DNA from: Eledone cirrhosa
Lineage: Eukaryota
Length of the DNA: 64,000 nt
Assembly (NCBI GenBank): GCA_964016885.1
Contig: OZ024743.1
Span: 930,001 to 994,000 of the forward strand
Reading direction: 5' to 3'
Shown: one piece after another, positions 54,825 through 64,000 of the stretch
Layout of the letters: each line of letters opens with the position of its first letter
Position numbering within the stretch: the stretch's first letter is position 1
Made by a program: the position numbers and the translations under genes
The notes under the pieces: model-generated
Databases searched by the model: none
Seen by the model: the letters and a program-made list of their open reading frames with translations, nothing else
Told to the model about the DNA's origin: nothing

Positions 54825-55362
54825 CCAGGGGCGGTGGAAGGATTTCTGAATTGGGAGGGGTGCCAAATTTGGATATTTTAGTTGTAGTGATTAGTTTAGC
54901 TCTTTCCACTCTAAAATGGCCAAAAAACTTCGATATGCGATAAACATAACATGTACATAAATTGTAGCACATATCCAAATAGATGTGAGTTTGAGAAGTT
55001 TGGAGAGAAAATATAATTATACGGAACTCTCTTCCAATCCCCCTCTCTATATCAATTAACCCTAAACATCCCCCTCTCTATATCTTCTATACAGAACTCT
55101 CTTCCATAAACATCAATCTCTATATCAATAAACATCAATCTCTCCCCCTCTCTATATCTAATATACTCTCCCAACCTTCCTCTCTATATCAATTACCACC
55201 AATCTTTCCCCCTCTCTATATCTATATCTATCTCTCCCATCTGTCTCTACATAACATGAACATAAATTATAGAGCATATCCAAATAGATGTGTATTTTTG
55301 TAGTTTTGGTAGAAAATTATAATTATTGAGGGCGGGGCCATCCCCAGTTCTATCACCCCTGG
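54825..55362. mobile_element. Possible non-autonomous DNA transposon with internal CCCCTCTCTATATC repeats
   Basis: CCAGGGG...CCCCTGG ends, a direct repeat (ACATAAATT.TAG..CATATCCAAATAGATGTG) and about six short internal repeats. Confidence 0.35.
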
Positions 55363-55445
55363 TATTGTAGAATAAAATTTATTACCTATATTGATTTGAT
55401 TGGGATCTCGTGTTCATTCACGCTTCGTGATATTTTAGATTTGTA

Positions 55446-55478
<33 letters not shown>

Positions 55479-55490
55479 CTCACTCTCTCA

Positions 55491-55556
<66 letters not shown>

Positions 55557-55558
<2 letters not shown>

Positions 55559-56284
55559 GATATTAACAAATAGAAACTATATTTATAAAACCATATTTAT
55601 TTCATTATACATATTTCAAGAACACCAAGTTAAATTATGGTGTGCTTTCATCAGATAAAATATAATATAGAGCAGTTTTATAAATAAATATTGACATACC
55701 CTTAAAGAATGCAACCATTACTGTTGGAAGCTCCCGGATAGTGGGGTTATAACTTTAATTATACTATTATGTAAATTAGTATTGGATATTTTTAAATAAG
55801 CCGTTGAGTTACGGAGAAATAGAAAGAGAGAGAGAGAGAAGAACAAGAGAGAGAAAAAAAGAAAAAAGAAAAGAAAAAGAGAGAGAAAGGAGAAAGATAA
55901 GAGAGCGAGAACACTAAGTGATAGGTTGTTGAGTTATCTTAACATTTGAGATGAAGTGAAAGAGCAAATAAATATTTATTTTTATGGATGAATAGAGAGA
56001 TGTAAATAATCTTACATCTTACATATATAATATGAGAATTTTTATTTAAAAATATCCAATACTAATTTACATAATAGTATAAATAAAGTTATAACCCCAC
56101 TATCCGGGAGCTTCCAACAGTAATGGTTGCATTATTTAAGGGTATGTCAATAATTATTTATAAAACTGCTCTATATTATATTTTATCTGATGAAAGCACA
56201 CCATAATTTAACTTGGTGTCCTTGAAATATGTATAATGAAATAAATATGGTTTTATAAATATAGTTTCCATTTGTTAATATCGT
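55557..56284. repeat. Inverted pair of PLE terminal repeats (arms 55557-55799 and 56042-56284) with hammerheads at 55598-55662 (-) and 56179-56243 (+)
   Basis: Reverse-complementary ~243-bp arms; TATTTTAT-CTGATGA-..CACCA/TGGTG..-GAAA-TATGTA-TA-ATGAAATA. Confidence 0.9.
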
Positions 56285-56832
56285 ATTTTTACTCCAATTA
56301 TTTGTTGAGTGCCCTATATCAGTTATAAAAATATTTGCTTGTTGTATCCCAACAATTTAAATAGAACTTTTACATATATATATATATATATACTCATTAT
56401 TCATTTTATTATGGCTAAATAGTGAGTCTTCTTAGTCTGGAGTTTCGCAGGGTTACCAGACAAGAGGCTGTGATAAACTGGCGAAATTCCAGAGGAACAA
56501 GACACACTATGCAACCTCAATGAAATGAATATTAAAAATCTACTTCTGAATTGAGTACGGTTTTCCCTCAGCTATCAGTAACATACGATTAGATGAATGG
56601 ACCTGTTGTTTTTCTCTAAATTCGTTTTTTTTTTCTTTTCGTTTTCGCTAATCCTGTCCCCCAATCCTCCTATTTCTTCTAAAATGTCTCATTCTATGTT
56701 TTGAAAAAAGACTAGAGTCCAAAACCTTAAGATTGTTTCGTATTACATAAAGCGTAAAATTATATATTTCTTCGTTGTACTGTGTCATATGCTTTGATAT
56801 TTCTGTTTGCCTTTTGCATGCATCTCTCACTT

Positions 56833-56939
<107 letters not shown>

Positions 56940-57569
56940 CTAGCAAGTAGGAATTTCTCCAGATAATTTCTGATTGGGAAAAACGATAATTGTCAAGCTT
57001 TTCAAATATACACAACAAAAATAAAACGAAACGAAAACAAAGGAATCGGAAAGTTAAAAGAGAGTTAAGAGAGTGAAAGAGATAAGTACAATGCCAAACA
57101 TTTGGAACGTGTGAATTGGAATTAAATTGATCCAAATGATTATTTATTTATCTAACACAAAAGCTTTAGAAATACAGGAGAATTATAGATACAGGAGAGA
57201 TAAAGGAAAGACAAAATATTTAGGGATATGCATAAATTATCATTGAGAAAACTAAGAAAAAGACACGATATTATGTTTCACACACCCAAACACACATAGG
57301 TATATACATATGTATGCGTATATATATACATACGTATATATATATATACAGATATGTAAATATATATATATATTTACATATCTGTAATATATGTATATAC
57401 TATATATATATATAACGAAGGAAATGTGGTAAGGAACCAGGTGGACCATAACGCACCAAAGTACTCAATACTTAGGGTAGTAGCGTGGGTAATAGGAACG
57501 AGTAGGACCCCCGACGGCTGAGCTCAAGTCTTTTCGACGGCTAATTGTGAACAGAATTACCTACTCGCT

Positions 57570-57698
<129 letters not shown>

Positions 57699-58482
57699 TT
57701 TAACCCAGAAATGCATGCATATACACTAACATTTATGTTAAGATCTGTCTGATCGTTTCAGTATATTTGTCTCTAGAGCTTTCTGGTGGTTCAATTCCCG
57801 CAGACAGTACTATCACATGTTTTCTGTCACATTTGGGATCTACTAAACTCAGTCATTTACCATACAAAAATCTTAACCGTTATATTATAATAGACTGTAT
57901 TTACTCTGGGATCGTATGTCAGCATGGAATTACGAAGCCTGAGCCTAAGCTGTATTGACTTTGATACTGTTGATTCATCAAGTAGTGGTTAAATTATTTC
58001 TCACATTATGTTGATCGTCGTTTGATATGATATTGGGAACAACATTAGAGTTGAGGCATTTACATTAGCTAAATTTGATATTAAAATCTGTAGTGTTTGT
58101 TCTACGTTTTATAAAGTACCATACCCAATTTCGTAGAGTTATATGAAAAAGGCTACGTCCTGATAGCATTCGAAGACTAACGCGATTAGAAAATCCTCGA
58201 TAATACATTACCTGAAATCCCTCCAAATTTTATAAGGCTACTAGGTACTTTGAAAACGAAATCCAAAGTATTTTCTGTATGATCACCGCGAACCTTCTAT
58301 AAAATACAAAGCTGATAGTTTATCAGACCATATCGATCAGCTGGTAAAGAACAGTAAACAACTGGCAACAATGTAGATAGCAAGCCTCCGTTCTCGGTCT
58401 ACGATGGCTCAATAGCTCAGTAAGAAACGAATTGGGGTGGGGGTTATTCGGCAAAGACAGCCATAGTTGTTCTTTATGCCAC

Positions 58483-58528
58483 AACCCTAACCCTAACCCT
58501 AACCCTAACTCTAACCCTAACCCTAACC
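58483..58528 (-). repeat. Interstitial telomere-like (TTAGGG)n, about 7 units
   Basis: (AACCCT)n on the plus strand with one variant unit. Confidence 0.9.
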
Positions 58529-59458
58529 GATGTCACTATCTAAGTGCATGCCTGCTATTTATAATGACAGCATCGCAACACACTGGAAGTACTTGGCTCT
58601 TCATGTTATTGAAGAGCATACGTTAGAGACTGATAAGATATTTCTTGAGTAAATGTACGGAAGTGAAGCTGTAACACACCATCTAAATCTTGGTGGAGAA
58701 AATGCCTTTTCTTAAATTATTCAAAATGTGCCCATTTACTCTAGCCACAGAATATATACTGCTGTACCCTGTCGTGACTCATCATCTGAATATATTAAAA
58801 ATACAAATGTACATCCTTACGTTTTCATACTCATATTTCGATTTAAGTGACCAAATCTTATTTTATATCATGTTTTAAAATATATGACAGTATTTCATAA
58901 TGATTATGTTGTGTTACGTAATTTTCCTATAACCCTAAATAAAGCTTTAACTCGAAAGGATGTATACGAATTATTAACTAATGTAGAAAGCGTCTGAGAA
59001 AATGTGTGTCATTTAAACCCGAATAAAGCTTAAAAAATACAGGTAGCTCGAATCCTCATACCGTGGGCTCTTAATCATCTTAATTGATTAAAAGCAAAAC
59101 TGGAAATACATTGTTATATATACACAGATTAGTCATATCTTGCAGTTCCGCAGTTTCTAAAAAAAAAATTTAATTTGTGCTCAGATATTAAATAAAATTT
59201 CTCATTGGAAAAATGTCGAGTCCAAGTCACGAAAAAGTTGAAATTAGATCAATGTTCATCTGTAAGAATATTAATTTGAAATATTGTGTATAACATTAAG
59301 TTCGAAATACTGTATATAAACATGCATACATGCATACATGCATACATGCATACATACATACATACATACATACATACATACATACATACATACATACATA
59401 CATACATGCATATATACATACGTACACACATACATATACACACACTCAAGTACACACA

Positions 59459-59500
<42 letters not shown>

Positions 59501-61543
59501 ACAAAGAATATCATACTCTAATGCAAATATTGAAAAGGCGTACTTATCATGATGGAAATCTGCACACACTACATACAACTAGCAAACGCAAATTAACGTA
59601 GTTAGTTGAGTCACACGATAACGATGAAAGAACGCGTTGAACTTTCAGAGGGTTGAAATGAAAGCTGTTGTTATATATGGAAAGGAAAGCAAATATATAA
59701 ACAGAGGAGATAATATGGAAAGGCGAAGGAATTCATGCTGTGAAGCAAAGTATTACTGAGATGAGAGAAAGATTATAAACATGATTTAAAAACAGGATGA
59801 AAAGCTTCTTGTTTCGTTTTATAGACAAGCTAGGTTCTTAAAAAACATTATTGATTCGAAGTTACACTCCTTGTGATTGTTTTATGTCAATGTAAGGATA
59901 TAATTAAGGTAGTTTGCTGTCCAATTTCCATCAATTCCGACGAAGGGTGTTTACATTTTTCGAATAAGGGAACTGTCTATTCTTCAAATTAATGTGCATG
60001 TAGATGAGCATTCCTCAGATACATGCCTCATTAATATAGTTTGTAGGAAGCCCGAGCATGACGATATGTGTAACAAGGCCGACACTTTGAACTATAGGTA
60101 CAGCATATTTTTCACTTGAGAGTACTGGGGCAACGTGAAATAAGGTGTATCGCTGAAAGACATAACACAACGCTGCTAAGTTAAATCACGACCTTACGAT
60201 CGGAAGCCAAAATTCCTCACCACTGAACTGTGCACCACCTTCATTGGTAGTTACATAATATAGCTATAAATGATATGCTGCTCGACAACTGAGACATTAG
60301 TCAGGGTAATATTAATGGTGGTAATATGTCGATTAATCCAGAACATCCTCACTATGACTGGCAAAAAATTATAACACATTTTCATATTCTCGTCAGTCAG
60401 ATTTCCAGTTGTGGTTTTCTCACATGAGAAGTTAACTGGATGCGCTCTTTGCTGAAAGTAACATGCCTTAAACACCTTTTTGTGACTCTATTTTAAGGAT
60501 AATATTATCCTCTTGCTGGACTATAAAAGGTATCCTCTCAATGTATCTTTCACTACAAAGTTGTATGGCTCTCGCCCCATTAAGAAGCCAAATAAAGATA
60601 ATTCTTTTTGGTTTTCTTCAATGAGTACTAGTCCGTCAATGAAGATAAAAGCAAATAGGTGTATAAATATTCAAAAGTTAACAAACTCTAACTTCTATAA
60701 CATCAAGCAAATAAATCGAAAGCATCATGCCCGTTTCATTTGCTATCTATTTAACCAAGGTATCTTTTTTGTCTACATCCGTTTAAAGACACGTAGCTTG
60801 CCCAAATATTATTTCTAATTCTTCAAAGTGTTCTGATTACTTTCATTTTTTTTTTTTTTTTTTTGTCAGAGGCTTGATCAACAGTCAAATTATCTACTCT
60901 TAAGTACTCAACCTAGCAAGCTGCTAACAGCTCGTGTGAGTTGTTAAAATAGCAGCAATTGTACGTCCAATGGCACCTGAATATCATATATAATTTAATA
61001 CACATTTACCAATGTAGTCTTTGATATGAAAAATGCAGAAAATCAAAACGAAGTGTTCACGACTTTGGATCATATTTTTAATTAATTAAAGTCAACTTGG
61101 AGCTAACAACAGTATAATTCAGCAGTATATCAGCAATTTGTGTAACAAGTTTTGGTTTCCTGCTCATTTAAATCTGTTTTATGAAATCTGAAGACAGTTG
61201 AATGGTAAAATAAATATATGTCTGACAAAACACTTTATACAAATTAATTAGCACTTACATGTTGATTAGGAATTTGATAGAGATTATATTTTCTTTCTCC
61301 AGGTGGCAAAATCAGTACTAGCAGTATATTTATAAAGTACACACATATATACATAAGTCCCATGTTCAATCGAGGGTAACCACATTAGTAGAGTGTAAAC
61401 ATCAAGTTTATTATAGAAATGGTTTCTACAGGACTAGAACTGTTTCATTCAATATAAATCACCAGGAAAGCCCGCACGATTGCAAGGCTAATGCTCTAAC
61501 CACTACGCTATACAACATCACACAAACACACACACATATATAT

Positions 61544-61784
<241 letters not shown>

Positions 61785-62252
61785 GTGCGTGTGTGTTTGT
61801 GCATGAGTATGTATATAAGCAGAAGCATTAACATACAGTGTTTCAGAAGAATAAGAAAAATATAACTTAGTGGTATAGTGAAATAAAATAAAGATTTGGT
61901 AATGCTTCTGTTCATTCTAGTTCCCAAGAGCATTATTATTATAAACAGTATAAAAGAAAGGCATCCTAACTGGTTGTATCTAAATGGCATTATGAAATAA
62001 ATTACCTGCTTCGTTTCTGTTTCACGCGATTATAATAGCAAAAATAAAAGAATGCCATAGTATTCATATTTAAAATACAAACACGTGTATAACATCTTTA
62101 GTCAAGTTTCTTTTGTTTCTCTGCCGTTCACTGACACATATACATTTCTAATGTCTGTCATGTTAGTAATTTCCAGATCCTACATTTTACATCTTTTTAC
62201 TCTTTTAGGCTTTTTAACCATGTGTGTAACTGAATTTATAGATATAGATAAC

Positions 62253-62354
<102 letters not shown>

Positions 62355-62432
62355 GTATTATATATACATATATTAAAAAAAATATATATATATATACATA
62401 TATATATTTCTAAATATATGTATATATATTAC

Positions 62433-62498
<66 letters not shown>

Positions 62499-62656
62499 AT
62501 ACTTTGGGAGGGTCATGTTGCCAATAAGAAATACAAGCACCAGTTGCTTTCACTTCAATTTATTATATATTTATAAATTTATAAATTTACAAATCTACAA
62601 ACTTATAAATTTCTGGTTGGTTGGTTGGTTCCACAACCAGATAGTTGTTTATATAT

Positions 62657-62701
62657 AGTCATAGTCCTTTCGTCACACACTCTGTGACCTCTTCAGTGAC
62701 T
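62657..62701 (-). ncRNA. Minimal type I hammerhead ribozyme
   Basis: AGTCA-CTGAAGA-GGTCACAGAGTGTGTGAC-GAAA-GGAC-TA-TGACT; perfect stem I, stem II GTCAC/GTGAC. Confidence 0.8.
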
Positions 62702-62917
62702 GGGGATTCCTTTCTTTGTTTCTGTGCCTTTCCTTTCTTCTGTCCTACGCCATTTTGTTTCTGTGTGTGTGTTGTGTGCTCAGTTTGCGCATGCGCCACA
62801 TCCGGGTGTCTGTGTGTGTTTGTGTTCATTTATCTATTTGTTTATTTATTTATTTATTTATTTATTTATTGTTGGTTGGTTGTTTGTTCTATGTGTGTGT
62901 GTGTTTTCATTTTGTCC

Positions 62918-64000
62918 TTAATTGTAAGTTGTGATGTTCCTGTTCCACTCATATTTTCTATTTAATTTTGGTTGTAATTCTTTTATGCTTACTGCCTCTG
63001 TAATTTGCCTAAACATTGCATCTTTTCTGTGTGTGGATTCTATTTTTATTTCTATGTTCTCTAATTTACCCCTGCGTTCTATCTTAGCATGTTGGTAGAG
63101 CACAGATGATTCTTTATTATCTTGAAGGTTTCGCCAGTGTTCATTTATTCGTTCCCCTATACTACGAGCTGTCTCACCTATGTACACTATATTTTTGTTT
63201 CTACATTGTCCTTCAGTACATCTTATGCTATACACTACATTTCTAGTTTTACAGTTAATATGGGGGCTTATTTTACAGGTTATACATTTCTTATCTATAC
63301 ATGAGGGTCTTTGGAACGGGTATGTCTTGCTAATAAGTGTTTTTACGGAGGTACCTGGTCTTTCTACTATCTTAATATTGAGTATATGTTTATTTAGGGC
63401 CCTTCTAAATTTGTAGGCTAGTTCGCCTCTAGGGGTTGTATTGATGAACATTACACTCTGGTATTTATTGCTATCATACCATGAGTTTATTCTATTGGCC
63501 TTGTTCCTAGCTCTTTCTATTCTATTCCAAAATTTGCTCCTATACAAGGGGCAGGTCCCATTTGTGTCATTATTTACCATTTTTTCCCATTTGGTTCTGG
63601 CTCCTCTATACACTCTGATTCTATCTCTCTGATTGTAGCCAGAGAACTGCATACGGTGGATGAAGTGTTGTATGTGTCTCTCTAGTTCTTCGGGGTTGCA
63701 CATGCGGGACACATTTCTCATCACCCGTACCAAATCCGCAATCAGTATGTTGATTTTGGTATGGTCCGAAATGGCCGAGTTTCGGTGGATCAGATGTTTG
63801 GAAGTCATAGGTTTGGCATAATGGGAATGGAGGATTTGTTTTTGGTTGTTAATGGTATCTAACCAGAGCTCTGTGTCTAGTACAGGTAATCGATGGTTGG
63901 GGTGTCTACTTGGGTAGTCTATAGTAACTCTACTGCTCTGGTGGATGGAGTTTGCTATTTGCTGGATGCCTTCCATTGTGTTTTTCTCTAGTTGCTGACT
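62918..64000 (-). CDS. PLE polyprotein C-terminus (RT thumb and GIY-YIG endonuclease), partial
   Basis: LPVLD, HYAKP, CxxxxCxxC...C, NVVYSIRC, VYIGETARSIGERINEH, R.ITEA..I....P.LNRK.EW. Confidence 0.92.
   Translation of the reverse strand, partial: SQQLEKNTMEGIQQIANSIHQSSRVTIDYPSRHPNHRLPVLDTELWLDTINNQKQILHSHYAKPMTSKHLIHRNSAISDHTKINILIADLVRVMRNVSRMCNPEELERHIQHFIHRMQFSGYNQRDRIRVYRGARTKWEKMVNNDTNGTCPLYRSKFWNRIERARNKANRINSWYDSNKYQSVMFINTTPRGELAYKFRRALNKHILNIKIVERPGTSVKTLISKTYPFQRPSCIDKKCITCKISPHINCKTRNVVYSIRCTEGQCRNKNIVYIGETARSIGERINEHWRNLQDNKESSVLYQHAKIERRGKLENIEIKIESTHRKDAMFRQITEAVSIKELQPKLNRKYEWNRNITTYN

Larger units (their letters stand above)
62493..64000 (-). mobile_element. Penelope-like element (non-Naiad, GIY-YIG type), 3' portion; continues beyond the window
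   Basis: Open ORF to a stop at 62918, 3' terminal repeat with a hammerhead, ending at (TA)n. Confidence 0.9.

Overview
This is AT-rich, microsatellite-saturated eukaryotic (invertebrate) genomic DNA. The Nin/Deu-domain tRNA-SINEs, Naiad-type Penelope elements and TTAGGG repeats suggest an octopus-like mollusc (inference). No host gene could be supported, and the window is essentially a transposon landscape. It contains a decayed R4/Dong-type RLE LINE (1-3 kb), a head-to-tail array of three L1/Tx1-type LINEs separated only by (TATC)n (5-17.5 kb), several Penelope-like elements (PLEs) and many PLE terminal fragments carrying hammerhead ribozyme motifs, often as large palindromes in (TA)n, a decayed Helitron (37-41.4 kb), SINEs and small DNA-transposon remnants. 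The most notable observation is that in both full-length Tx1-like elements the whole of ORF2 is bracketed by a consensus 5' splice donor at the end of ORF1 and a polypyrimidine-TAG|G acceptor coinciding with the ORF2 stop codon. Splicing would give an ORF1-only mRNA with an in-frame stop within four codons of the junction, so ORF2 appears to sit inside an intron. All calls were made by eye from motifs, with no database searches.
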